DNA of 64,000 nt from Methanobacteriota archaeon (GTDB lineage: Archaea > Thermoplasmatota > Thermoplasmata > SG8-5 > JAGLSY01): NCBI GenBank assembly GCA_020696385.1, contig JAEHCQ010000005.1:8311-72310 (forward strand). Direction: 5' to 3'. The first letter of the stretch is position 1, and each line of letters opens with the position of its first letter. Shown piece by piece: positions 10,298 through 19,891 of this stretch. A program made the position numbers and the translations under genes. The notes under the pieces were generated by a model. It ran no database searches, was not told the origin of the DNA, and worked only from the letters and a program-made list of their open reading frames with translations.

Positions 10298-10450
10298 AAC
10301 ATGCCCCGCCTGAAGAAATTCGTCCAATATTCAATGACACTATCCAGAATTTCAAAGGTTGCGAAGTCGTTCATTAATATGCACTAGACGAAGCAATCAC
10401 GATAAAAGCAGGGGCGGGGTACTTTATTCAAAAAATATTTGAGTGACAGT
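10298..10450 (+). repeat. ~150-bp structured dispersed repeat, copy A (MITE/REP-like or ncRNA)
   Basis: Aligns end to end with the reverse complement of 27890-28041; terminal inverted repeat TGCCCCGCC/GGCGGGGTA. Confidence 0.85.
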
Positions 10451-10579
10451 CACAGAGTGCTCTGATATTCGACACCCTGTCTAAAGGGCAGGGAGGTCCA
10501 TCTTTCTAAAATCCTTAAACATCCCGAATACATAAAAACCCAAACACCCTAAGACACTAAACTCCCAAACTCCACAATT

Positions 10580-11017
10580 TTATATTTTCATTTCCATGGT
10601 ATATGCATTTTCAGAATCCTGATAAAATTCCTTCAGGATACCGGTCGCCAAAAACCCAAGGGATGCATAAAACTCCTGGGCTTTCGTGTTCGAAACACGG
10701 ACCTCGAGCATTATTTTTTTGATATTCATCGATCTGGCTCTCTTAGAAAATTCTGTTAAAAGAACTTTGCCGAATCCCTTGCCTTGCGCACCTCTTACAA
10801 TGCCCATGATCAATATGCGGACATTGTCCGCACTTAGAAGGTTCGCGATAATGAAACCGCGAACCTTTCCCTCGTCCTCCAGCACGATAAAACCTTCTGG
10901 CCAGTGCTCGTATATCATGGTATAGAATTCAGGTGGATTCACCTGGTCGAACAGATCAGCGACATGATACATCATCTGATCAAGATCTGAATATTTGAAC
11001 TCCCGAACTACAAGCAT
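10580..11017 (-). CDS. RimI/Ard1-like GNAT N-acetyltransferase
   Basis: QGKGFGKVLL acetyl-CoA motif, LEVRVSNTKAQEFY, FYQDSENAYTM. Confidence 0.9.
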   Translation of the reverse strand: MLVVREFKYSDLDQMMYHVADLFDQVNPPEFYTMIYEHWPEGFIVLEDEGKVRGFIIANLLSADNVRILIMGIVRGAQGKGFGKVLLTEFSKRARSMNIKKIMLEVRVSNTKAQEFYASLGFLATGILKEFYQDSENAYTMEMKI

Positions 11018-11063
11018 CGTGCTAGAGATGGGGACTTAGATAAAATAATTTTAGCTAGATATC

Positions 11064-11282
11064 TCATTTCTTTGTGGATCTACCCTTTGCTTTCCCGGTG
11101 TCCCTTGTTTGTTTTCCAGCAGGGTAATATTCCATCTTATCCCAGACTATGACAGTGCATTTGCAGCCCTTATATTCACTGAGATATAGCCTACCATCCT
11201 TGGTCACCACCTTGTTGAGGACATCGAATTCACCATCTGCCTCGTACTTCTGTTTCATATCATCAGGACTAGTATTAACCAT
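11064..11282 (-). CDS. small hypothetical protein (possibly AbrB/DUF2080-like)
   Basis: 72-aa ORF, NKVVTKDGRLYLSEYKGCKCTVIV pattern; AT-rich promoter-like DNA upstream. Confidence 0.5.
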   Translation of the reverse strand: MVNTSPDDMKQKYEADGEFDVLNKVVTKDGRLYLSEYKGCKCTVIVWDKMEYYPAGKQTRDTGKAKGRSTKK

Positions 11283-11967
11283 ATATAAGGTTTTTTATAC
11301 CCAATAATAGGCATAATATAGGTAAATATATAAGAATTTAGCCAGTATATATGTATATATACGCACATCTTTTATTTTGCAGTAAATAATTCAAACCTCA
11401 AATAAGGTGTGATAAACCTCATTTCAGGTATTCTGTATTATTACATATAATATATTAGCCAACAGTAAATACGTAAATACATACTGGTATATATTATAAG
11501 TAAATATTATATTAATAAAGCGATTGAAAAATTTACTTTCGCTCAAAATATGCATATTGTTTAGAGTACTTTCACCCACCCCCCCAATTTACCCTTATAT
11601 ACCGAATCGATGATAGGGGTATTGAGGCTAAAACAATGACGAAATACAAAGATATAGAAGATTGCAGCTGGCAAGAAGTATATCATCTCAATGGGTGTTC
11701 AGATCAATTAGACTACTGATCGGATCGGATCCCGCGATCAGATCATCCGCACCGACATACGACTCAAAAATTCCATCCCATATATAGATGGCCGGATTAT
11801 CCCGTCCGGCCATTTAGATTTTTTTAGGTATAAATCCCAGTATATCATGTACTGTAGATGATTCGATAGGTTTTTATCTATTATTGGTTTCACCGTAGAA
11901 TATTGGTTGTAAGATCGACCATCAAAATCCAAGTTTGACATTCAGAATGTCGAACTTGGGTCTGAAT

Positions 11968-12041
11968 GCAGGTGTGATCTAGCCTGGCTATGATCTTGGC
12001 CTTCCAAGCCAATCACTCGGGTTCGAATCCCGACACCTGCA
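11968..12041 (+). tRNA. tRNA-Gly(TCC)
   Basis: Acceptor GCAGGTG/CACCTGC-A, anticodon arm TTGGC-CTTCCAA-GCCAA, T-arm TCGGGTTCGAATCCCGA. Confidence 0.96.
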
Positions 12042-12042
12042 T

Positions 12043-12170
12043 ATGTTTTTTATCAAGGGATTCGAACGGAGTTCGACGAGATTTTTCTGAAAGTAGTGAA
12101 GAAAAAGCGAGCATTATTTATTGTCTCGGGCAACCATGCTCACTCGCAGTTTCCATAGAGACACCTGCAT
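12043..12170 (+). repeat. tRNA-anchored structured element ending in an 11-bp duplicate of the tRNA-Gly 3' end
   Basis: GACACCTGCAT at 12032-12042 and 12160-12170; 12064-12113 matches 50624-50673 at 47/50 nt. Confidence 0.85.
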
Positions 12171-12328
12171 TCCCAATTTCTTCTTGATATCATTCATTAA
12201 ATTCCATTATAGACCATATATTATCTATTAACCTAACCTCGCGATAATATTATATATACTCAGTGCTATGTAGGTACAGAAACTATATAAACAACACCCG
12301 ACGAATTGTCGGTTATTGGTGATATTAT

Positions 12329-12724
12329 ATGGCAATGGAAAGGATAGATATCAGGGTCGAGACGGAGATACTGGATGAACTTGAAGGCATAGCCAGTATG
12401 AACAATATCACCAATAGGAGCGAAGCAGTTCGCGAAGCAATTTACAGTTACATCGATGACAGGAAAGAGATGTGGAATTCCAATGTGGTTCGAGTCGCCA
12501 TACCAAAAAGACTGATGGAAAAGGCAGAGTTGTTCATCAGAAATGGAGATGCTAAGGACCTGGATCAAGCAATATCCCTCGCCCTCAATAACTGGTGCGA
12601 TGGCCTGTCCGAATACTATACAGACGGACGCGAGAAACTTGAAAAGGTCGTGGCAGAGAATATAGAGAATGACATGGTGATCGCAGAAAATAGCCGGAAG
12701 AGCAAAAAAGTTGCGAGGAGATGA
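12329..12724 (+). CDS. ribbon-helix-helix (CopG family) transcription regulator
   Basis: RIDIRVETEILDELE..NRSEAVREAI, with a second RHH-like segment VRVAIPKRL. Confidence 0.85.
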   Translation: MAMERIDIRVETEILDELEGIASMNNITNRSEAVREAIYSYIDDRKEMWNSNVVRVAIPKRLMEKAELFIRNGDAKDLDQAISLALNNWCDGLSEYYTDGREKLEKVVAENIENDMVIAENSRKSKKVARR

Positions 12725-12728
12725 TCAG

Positions 12729-12971
12729 ATGGTAGTTGGTGTTTCAGCAATTGGACTTTATGATGAGAACTTCGGGATAGATCAGAACACGAACATGAAG
12801 ATATCCATGAGCTACTCGGATCTAGAACACCTCATGTTGAATGCGATCATCATGGAATGCCGAAGTTGCATATCATCCGAAGGACATGATTGTTATCCGC
12901 ATGGTTTGACCGCTTGCCCCTTCTCCGAGGTCAGAAAGACCATCGGCCTCCACGATATTGATGGATTTTGA
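12729..12971 (+). CDS. hypothetical Cys-rich protein
   Basis: ORF follows the RHH gene with a GAGGAG RBS; CRSC..C..CP. Confidence 0.6.
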   Translation: MVVGVSAIGLYDENFGIDQNTNMKISMSYSDLEHLMLNAIIMECRSCISSEGHDCYPHGLTACPFSEVRKTIGLHDIDGF

Positions 12972-12976
12972 TCGTC

Positions 12977-13015
12977 GTATGACAATGTATGACATTTAGC
13001 AAAGATTATATATAC
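12977..13015 (+). promoter_or_regulatory. tandem GTATGACA boxes upstream of a TATA box (candidate RHH operator)
   Basis: GTATGACA at 12977-12984 and 12987-12994 (10-bp spacing) followed by TTATATA near 13006. Confidence 0.45.
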
Positions 13016-13100
13016 TTATAGCTCCATTAGGGTATTGCTTGTCCTACATGAATAAGATGGCAAAACAAATAAATGTAGTACAAAATGGAGACAAATAAAG

Positions 13101-13475
13101 ATGGAAATCGATGAAAAGATCTCTGTGAGATTCCAGAAAAAGGAGCTGAGCGAGCTCGATGGGTTGGTGGAAGACCTAGGTTATTCAAGCAGATCGGAAT
13201 TCATAAGAATGGCCGTGGTCAATCAAAAAGAGAATCTGAAGAATCTCACATCAATACAGGTAGAGATCCCACCCCTCATACTGGATTATATCGATGCCCT
13301 GGTAGAGAAAGGTTACTACCGTTCCAGAGAAAACGCACTCCATATGGCGATAGACCACTATTTCGACCATGAAAGAATAGATTCCGCAATGAAGGCAGCA
13401 AAAGGAATGGAACAAATGACCGGACGAAGCATTGATGTCGTAAAGAGTTCAGGGAAGAAGATCATTGAAAAATGA
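13101..13475 (+). CDS. tandem ribbon-helix-helix regulator (CdrS-like context)
   Basis: KISVRF..LGYSSRSEFIRMAV and IQVEIPP..LVEKGYYRSRENALHMAI; lies upstream of the ftsZ-like gene. Confidence 0.85.
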   Translation: MEIDEKISVRFQKKELSELDGLVEDLGYSSRSEFIRMAVVNQKENLKNLTSIQVEIPPLILDYIDALVEKGYYRSRENALHMAIDHYFDHERIDSAMKAAKGMEQMTGRSIDVVKSSGKKIIEK

Positions 13476-13725
13476 TGGGATGAGCAACAATAGGCAAGGG
13501 TTCCGCTAAATGAGCGGAATTTGAAGAAGAAAAAGCTGGTTCAAGCTGGCCGAAGAAAAAAGCAAAAAGTGTTGGGATGCACTCTAACAACTAGATTCAT
13601 GATCTCCAGGACTTTTGGCGGAACTCTGTCTGAATACCATGTTTGGCATTCGCCATAAACCGAGCCCTGAGTTTGGTCGACAGACTCAGAAATGCCAAAT
13701 TTGGTCAATATATGGAGATGAAAAA

Positions 13726-14499
13726 ATGAGCCAGACATCAGCGGGAAATAATTATACACACGAGATCATTAATTTGATCAGTGGCGGAACTATTGAGCCC
13801 AGGATAGCTGTTGTCGGTTGTGGTGGTGCTGGTTGCGCAATTATTGATAGACTCGGGGGAAACCTGAGGGATGTTAGCACCATAGCCATTAACACCGACC
13901 AGAGATCATTGGAGAACATTTCAGCAGACAGGAAGATCCACATTGGAAGGTCCATCACCTTCGGGGAAGATTCCAGAGGATTCGTGGAAGTTGCAGAGTA
14001 TGCGGCAGAACTGTCAGTTGATGAGATCAAACAATCATTGAAGAATACCGATATCATCTTCATTGTCGCCGGATTGGGCGGCGGGACCGGAACAGGCATT
14101 GCCCATGTTGTCGGAAGCGTTGCTAAGAAGAGTGGCATTGTGGATTTTGGCATTGTGGTAATGCCCTTCAGTGCAGAGGTCGGAAGGCGTGCCATCGCCG
14201 AGAACAGCCTTATGCAATTACAGAAAGTTACAGAGAACACGATAGTTCTTGACAATGATTCATTGCTCAGATTGAGCCCGGATATTCAAATGTCCTCCGC
14301 TCTGTCTGTCATTGACAGAACCATTGCAGGAGTTATTGATGATATAAGGGATCGCATGAACAGATCCTTCATCGCGACGATCGCCGATGATGTCATGAGC
14401 CTCAACAGTGAGTTCCAGGAAGAATCAGTGTACATGGAGAGTATAATCGACCAGCCATTGGATGCGCAGGCCGATATAGAATCTCCAATGTTCGCGTGA
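13726..14499 (+). CDS. short FtsZ/tubulin-family GTPase (N-terminal GTP-binding domain only)
   Basis: VVGCGGAG, AINTD, AGLGGGTGTG signature, MPFSAE, LDND; 257 aa from the ATG after GGAGATG. Confidence 0.88.
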   Translation: MSQTSAGNNYTHEIINLISGGTIEPRIAVVGCGGAGCAIIDRLGGNLRDVSTIAINTDQRSLENISADRKIHIGRSITFGEDSRGFVEVAEYAAELSVDEIKQSLKNTDIIFIVAGLGGGTGTGIAHVVGSVAKKSGIVDFGIVVMPFSAEVGRRAIAENSLMQLQKVTENTIVLDNDSLLRLSPDIQMSSALSVIDRTIAGVIDDIRDRMNRSFIATIADDVMSLNSEFQEESVYMESIIDQPLDAQADIESPMFA

Positions 14500-14532
14500 T
14501 CTCTGGATAATACATATCAACCTCTCCTCACT

Positions 14533-14565
14533 CGGGGCGGCCTCACCGCCCCGCCTTTTCTTTTT
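14533..14565 (+). terminator. hairpin plus T-tract after the ftsZ-like gene
   Basis: CGGGGCGG-cctca-CCGCCCCG followed by ccttttcttttt. Confidence 0.65.
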
Positions 14566-14725
14566 AATGCATAGTGAAAACTATGAATTTACCATATACC
14601 TTATCCATGCACATGTTTTATATATATAATATACTTAGATATGATATACAATGATTGAGACATTGGAAATTATCCAATGAGAATCAAAAGGAGGTAACAG
14701 ACTGCATCCATTTCTCAGGATAGCG

Positions 14726-15814
14726 ATGAAATCCAATAAGAGGATATTCACTACGACCATAGGTATCGCCTTCTGTCTTGCTTACCTCACGGGAACCATT
14801 GCAATTGCAGGCGGGCTCCATGACAGTACGGAAAAAGTCTCTGCAACCTTTGACCAGGGTCCCTCGATGATATACTCCAATGAAGATCTATCCAAGAGCA
14901 TCATTGATAGTGAGATACTATTGGAATTGGATAATTATATCGCCGTGAAATTCATCAATATAAGTATAACAAATGCAGACCAGAACATGTACATGGAAGG
15001 CCTTTACGCGGCTTCCATCTTTGATCCCATGGGCAATATCGCTTTCGATTTTCCCAATGAAAGTGCTGGCAACAATGCATTCCTGGGTAACATATCCATA
15101 AATCGGCTAAAAGCCAATGGTTTTGACACCTCACTGGACAGTAGATTAATATTAGAAAGTAAATATAATTCAAACCATATAAATCTTAATGCATCGTATC
15201 CCCCAAATCTCATATTCCCAAACGATTGGATAATGGTCTCGGAGGAGAAGATGATAGAACTTTCACCAGGCCTGGATAATAATTATTCATTCCTGATCAT
15301 CTATGATTGGGATGAAGAGGCGAATGGAGATCTTCAAGGCATCGTGGATAGTCATGGACTCAAGATCAGATCAACTACCAGCGTGGTAGCCTTCTTCGAA
15401 TCGGGAATATACCAGGTGGAGGATAATCTATGGGCGATAGTTTTGACCACTGGCATGATCGTGATACTGCTTGTGTATTCTATAATGTCCATCGAGATCC
15501 AATTCCACAAGGCCACTATTGACAATCTGAAGGGATTGGGAGCGAAGAGAAGAGTGATAATTGGAATTTTCACCCTCAAGGCCCTATTCATCACAATGGC
15601 TGGCGGAATATTGGGCATAGCATTGGGTATATGTGTCGCAAACGGAGTTGTCTCGATATCCTCCCTATTTGGAATAAATACCATCATCATACCATTAATC
15701 AAGATGGATACATTGCTCCTGCCCCTTGCATTGTCATTGATGGCTGGCTTGATCGGTGGACTGTTACCATCGCTCAAAGCATCAGGTATTGTGGATAGGA
15801 GGGATGCGCGATGA
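14726..15814 (+). CDS. FtsX/MacB-type ABC permease
   Basis: N-terminal TM, extracytoplasmic loop, LKGLGAKRRVI motif, three C-terminal TMs, LLPSLKAS. Confidence 0.8.
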   Translation: MKSNKRIFTTTIGIAFCLAYLTGTIAIAGGLHDSTEKVSATFDQGPSMIYSNEDLSKSIIDSEILLELDNYIAVKFINISITNADQNMYMEGLYAASIFDPMGNIAFDFPNESAGNNAFLGNISINRLKANGFDTSLDSRLILESKYNSNHINLNASYPPNLIFPNDWIMVSEEKMIELSPGLDNNYSFLIIYDWDEEANGDLQGIVDSHGLKIRSTTSVVAFFESGIYQVEDNLWAIVLTTGMIVILLVYSIMSIEIQFHKATIDNLKGLGAKRRVIIGIFTLKALFITMAGGILGIALGICVANGVVSISSLFGINTIIIPLIKMDTLLLPLALSLMAGLIGGLLPSLKASGIVDRRDAR

Positions 15815-17037
15815 TGATCCTGAAGAAGAAGACCATCATCGGTCTCTTTCTATGCACCCTGGTATTCAGTTCATCAATACCATTACTCATGGGCATCCAG
15901 TCATCCCCTGACAAAATGTTCGGCGAGGATGTACTGACCCTTTCACAGGTCAATTCAACAGCATCCCTTAGCACATCCCTGGCATTGGAACTGAACGAAG
16001 ATGGAGGTATCATAGCCAGTCCCGAGATATACGCTTTCTGTATGATCAAAGATCACCCCGTCATAACGAGAGGTGTTGTCCTTGACAAGTACCTGGAGAT
16101 AGAAAATGGGGAGATAATTGAAGGAGAGGTTCCCCCAACAGATGAATTTGTCATCATCGGTGAAAAACTGGCCATAAGATCTGGATTGGATGTCGGAGAT
16201 CTTGTCGTCTTCACAGGCTCTACAAGACCAGCCATGTATCAATTCAAGATAGACGCCATCTACCGAAGCAAAACATCCTCGGATGATGTTCTATTATCTC
16301 TTGGTGTAGCACGAGAACTTGCAGGATTGTCCCAGGACCATGTATCCAGTATAAGGGTCATGGCTACCAATAGAACTGCCCTGATAGCCGAGCTGGAAGA
16401 GAAAGATGAAGCCCTGATCATCAGTGATCAGAGTGGAGAGGATACCACTCTGAATACCAATCTCACGGAGGAGGAACAGGCACAACTGACCCTGGCCTTC
16501 AAGTATGAACCAGAACAATTCAAGGATTCTGGCGGAAGCTTTGTCAGTGTTTTCATACAGGAAGGTGGGGACAGCATCAAGATAGTTATACTGACATTCA
16601 TCATACTGGATATCGCTCTCACCTTCATAGGCGCGACTGCGATTATCGCGCGGGCCATAATCGAAAGAAGACCAGATATTGGAACTCTGAGTGCTATTGG
16701 AGCGAATAAGAATTATCTCAGGAAATTGATCGCCAAGGACGTGATGCTGATATCCATACCCGCCTCGATCACCGGAACATTTGCAGGTTATGTGATCGTC
16801 AATCTTATCGAATCCAATTCACTATTGCTGATGTTCGGTCAGACGATAAGGCCATTGACAAGCTCCACCATGATCGCCCAAATATGCATTTCCACCATGC
16901 TGATCTTCATTATTTCCGGAATATTGGTCAATGAGGCTCTTTTGAAAGAGAAGCCACAGGTCATGATGAGCGATGCAGATAGTGCCTATGACGAATCCAT
17001 TCCAGAATTCATTTCATTGATGGGGGCTGACCAATGA
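15811..17037 (+). CDS. FtsX/MacB-type ABC permease
   Basis: IIGEKLA..GLDVGD, ERRPDIGTLSAIGA; ATGA overlap with the upstream gene. Confidence 0.85.
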   Translation: MMILKKKTIIGLFLCTLVFSSSIPLLMGIQSSPDKMFGEDVLTLSQVNSTASLSTSLALELNEDGGIIASPEIYAFCMIKDHPVITRGVVLDKYLEIENGEIIEGEVPPTDEFVIIGEKLAIRSGLDVGDLVVFTGSTRPAMYQFKIDAIYRSKTSSDDVLLSLGVARELAGLSQDHVSSIRVMATNRTALIAELEEKDEALIISDQSGEDTTLNTNLTEEEQAQLTLAFKYEPEQFKDSGGSFVSVFIQEGGDSIKIVILTFIILDIALTFIGATAIIARAIIERRPDIGTLSAIGANKNYLRKLIAKDVMLISIPASITGTFAGYVIVNLIESNSLLLMFGQTIRPLTSSTMIAQICISTMLIFIISGILVNEALLKEKPQVMMSDADSAYDESIPEFISLMGADQ

Positions 17038-18725
17038 AGAAGAATTCCAATATCCTGATCATCAGTCTTTTGTTCATATTGGCATTCATTATTCGATTGA
17101 TACCCACATTATCATCACCACTACCATTCAATATAGATGGCTTTCCACTTGTGAGAATATCAGAGATCATGATATCCACCAGCCACATCCCGGATCATAC
17201 AGCTTATTCCGGTCTATTAGGCTATAATATGAAATTACCCATATTCCCACTTCTATTATCGCAATTCTCATTGATCACAGGTATCGAACCATTGACTTTG
17301 ATCCCATATTTCTGTGCCTTCATCGGCTCATTCTCGGTAATCATCATATACACTTTCGTGCTGAGAATTGTAGGGAATCAGATGGCTGCCTTCATGGCCG
17401 GATTCTTCCTTGCATTCACGGGGCTTTTTGTTTATGTCACCACAGCCGCTATGAAAGAATTGCTGGGCATTGTCATTCTATGTCTTCTCATCTACACATA
17501 CAGTCTTCGAGAAGATCCCAGATTCAGATTCATATCCGCAATCCTGTTATTGATCCTGCCTTTCATCCACCATCTTTCCAGCCTTATTGCGTATATAATC
17601 ATAACCACCCAGGCATTATACACGATCATGATCGCCAATAAGCATGAGGAAAGATACTTCAGGCATGTGATGACAGAGATAATGCTTGGACCTGCCCTTG
17701 GTCTAGTTGTGATATACTACTACAAGGCCACCAACATGGAATTCTTTTCAGATGTGAATAATCTCAATGATTCTGCTCTTATGATATCCGTATGCGTGAT
17801 CGCTCTGCTTGCCCATATGCTGATATCAAAACCAGTCTCTTCAAAACCGTGGTTTATATTACCAGTAAGGTCCAAAAAAGGAGACCTTTCCTTATTCGCT
17901 CTTTTTGATGAAAAGGTTCTGGTGGTCATCATAGGAATATTGATCCTATATGTGAACAGCAGAGTAAGTCTGTTCACAAGTGCTCCAAAGACAACTGGCC
18001 TTCTTCTGGAACTAATGCTTCCATATTTCATCCTCGCCATCATCGGTATGGCTGGGTTCAATATTCTGAGATATTCCAATTTCAAGCATAAGCCAATGAT
18101 AATTGCCATGTTCTTCGCTCCGCTATCTCTTATGATATTTTCAGCCCTTAGGGGACTGGATGTATTCAATTTCACGCTGACCTTCAGGGCATATAATTTC
18201 ATTGACATCCCACTGGCGATAGTAAGTGGGATTGGTATTGCCTACCTGATAAAGATAACATACGAAAGAGCCAAGACCAGCAAACCGATGATCATCGTGC
18301 CCGTGGCATTATTCCTGGGATTCGCCCTTCTATGTGTGATGGCAGTTCCCCTGGCCTATGAGAGAGTGGAAGCCTTTGGCATCCAGGAGTCCACATATGA
18401 TTATGAGTTCGAGGCAATGGGCTGGATTTCGTATGCAGGCATCCAAGACATATCATCAGATCAAAGGAACAAGGATATAATCAATCCATACTATGATGTC
18501 AGGTGTGATTGGCAACTACCATGGGATCTGGAAAAATGCATGATGACAGGAAATGATACACTCCTGGTATCGGATGAATGGACGACCATAGGAGCACAGA
18601 TATCCATACTTGAGAGAGTGGTCATTCCGGAAGACAATTTCAACTATCTGGTGCAAAGATCGAATCAGATCTATTCGGGAGGAGCGGATTCCAATAATGT
18701 GTATGTTCTGATAATGAGAGAATGA
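17034..18725 (+). CDS. polytopic membrane protein (possibly GT-C glycosyltransferase-like)
   Basis: Many hydrophobic helices, first-loop NIDGF, IHHLSS, soluble C-terminal tail. Confidence 0.6.
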   Translation: MKKNSNILIISLLFILAFIIRLIPTLSSPLPFNIDGFPLVRISEIMISTSHIPDHTAYSGLLGYNMKLPIFPLLLSQFSLITGIEPLTLIPYFCAFIGSFSVIIIYTFVLRIVGNQMAAFMAGFFLAFTGLFVYVTTAAMKELLGIVILCLLIYTYSLREDPRFRFISAILLLILPFIHHLSSLIAYIIITTQALYTIMIANKHEERYFRHVMTEIMLGPALGLVVIYYYKATNMEFFSDVNNLNDSALMISVCVIALLAHMLISKPVSSKPWFILPVRSKKGDLSLFALFDEKVLVVIIGILILYVNSRVSLFTSAPKTTGLLLELMLPYFILAIIGMAGFNILRYSNFKHKPMIIAMFFAPLSLMIFSALRGLDVFNFTLTFRAYNFIDIPLAIVSGIGIAYLIKITYERAKTSKPMIIVPVALFLGFALLCVMAVPLAYERVEAFGIQESTYDYEFEAMGWISYAGIQDISSDQRNKDIINPYYDVRCDWQLPWDLEKCMMTGNDTLLVSDEWTTIGAQISILERVVIPEDNFNYLVQRSNQIYSGGADSNNVYVLIMRE

Positions 18726-18797
18726 ATGTCTGAAGATCATTGAAAAATATTAAGGGATATCTGAAAAGATAAATTATCATTAAGCAGCAGAGGAGGA

Positions 18798-19811
18798 ATG
18801 GAAATGGATATTGATGGTTCTTTGGGTGAAGGTGGTGGCCAGATACTCAGAACATCCTTTGCCCTGTCCGCGATAACCGGACAGGATCTGAAAGTGAGAA
18901 GGATAAGAGCCAATCGCCCGAAAAAAGGATTGGCTGCCCAGCATGTCACATCCATACGAGCTGTTTCCGAGATATGCAATGGAGAGCTTCATGGTGATCA
19001 AAAAGGCTCGGAGAATGTAAGCTTCATACCCGACAAGATATCGCATGGCAATTATGAATTCGATATAGGGACCGCGGGAAGTGTCACCCTGGCATTGCAG
19101 GCGATAATGCCAGTTCTATTTTCAGTGCCTGGAACTTCAGATATTGTACTGAAGGGTGGCACGGATGTGAAATGGGCCCCTCCAGTTGATTATGTCAAGG
19201 ATGTATTATTTCCATTCTTCAGATGCTATGGCATCGAGTGTGAGATGGATATCATCCAGCGAGGATATTATCCGAAAGGCGGTGGCGAGATACATGTTCA
19301 CCTCACAACACCATCAGAACTCTCATGGGATACTGGCAGGATAAATATGAATGGGGCAAAGGGCATCATAAACATATCCGGATTAAGCAATAAGATCGCC
19401 CAGAGAATGAAAAACTCTGTGCAGGAGATCATAGACCAGACAGATATGGATATACAAATAGATGAAAGGGAGACAAATAGAAGCCCAGGTATTGGAATTG
19501 TCCTGAGCTATATCGGCCAGGGCAAATTCCTGGGAAAGGACATGCTGGGTGAGAAAGGAGTTCCGGCACAGATCATTGGCAAAAAGGTGGCCATTGAGAT
19601 GAATGACATGATGAATTCCAAAATCATGATAGATGACCTGGGATGCGACCAGGTCATGCTATTGATCGCATTGGCAAGAAATGACCCACAGATAACTTTT
19701 CAGATCAAAACAAAGCATATTGAGACCAATCTTATGATCATAGATACATTCATGCCAGGCATTCTTGAGATTAATAAATCCAATGATTATTATATATTAA
19801 ATAAGAATTAA
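18798..19811 (+). CDS. rtcA: RNA 3'-terminal phosphate cyclase
   Basis: DGSLGEGGGQILRT, IRANRPKKGLAAQH, GGTDV, RGYYPKGGG, DQ..HIETN. Confidence 0.95.
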   Translation: MEMDIDGSLGEGGGQILRTSFALSAITGQDLKVRRIRANRPKKGLAAQHVTSIRAVSEICNGELHGDQKGSENVSFIPDKISHGNYEFDIGTAGSVTLALQAIMPVLFSVPGTSDIVLKGGTDVKWAPPVDYVKDVLFPFFRCYGIECEMDIIQRGYYPKGGGEIHVHLTTPSELSWDTGRINMNGAKGIINISGLSNKIAQRMKNSVQEIIDQTDMDIQIDERETNRSPGIGIVLSYIGQGKFLGKDMLGEKGVPAQIIGKKVAIEMNDMMNSKIMIDDLGCDQVMLLIALARNDPQITFQIKTKHIETNLMIIDTFMPGILEINKSNDYYILNKN

Positions 19812-19891
19812 TTGAAATTTATATTATGTGATATATAATATCCATTACATAATATAAACAACATATTTATTGCAAGTGTACCGATATGAGT

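Noticed and set aside
10301-10420. Hammerhead ribozyme (CTGAAGA after a stem)
   Set aside because: No GAAA directly after stem II (TCAAAGG/TCGAAGG) and the third junction is far too long.
11290-11640. Replication origin in AT-rich DNA
   Set aside because: No ORB-like repeats and no orc1/cdc6 gene nearby.
13615-13725. N-terminal extension of the FtsZ-like ORF
   Set aside because: TTG start without RBS; a better ATG with RBS lies at 13726.
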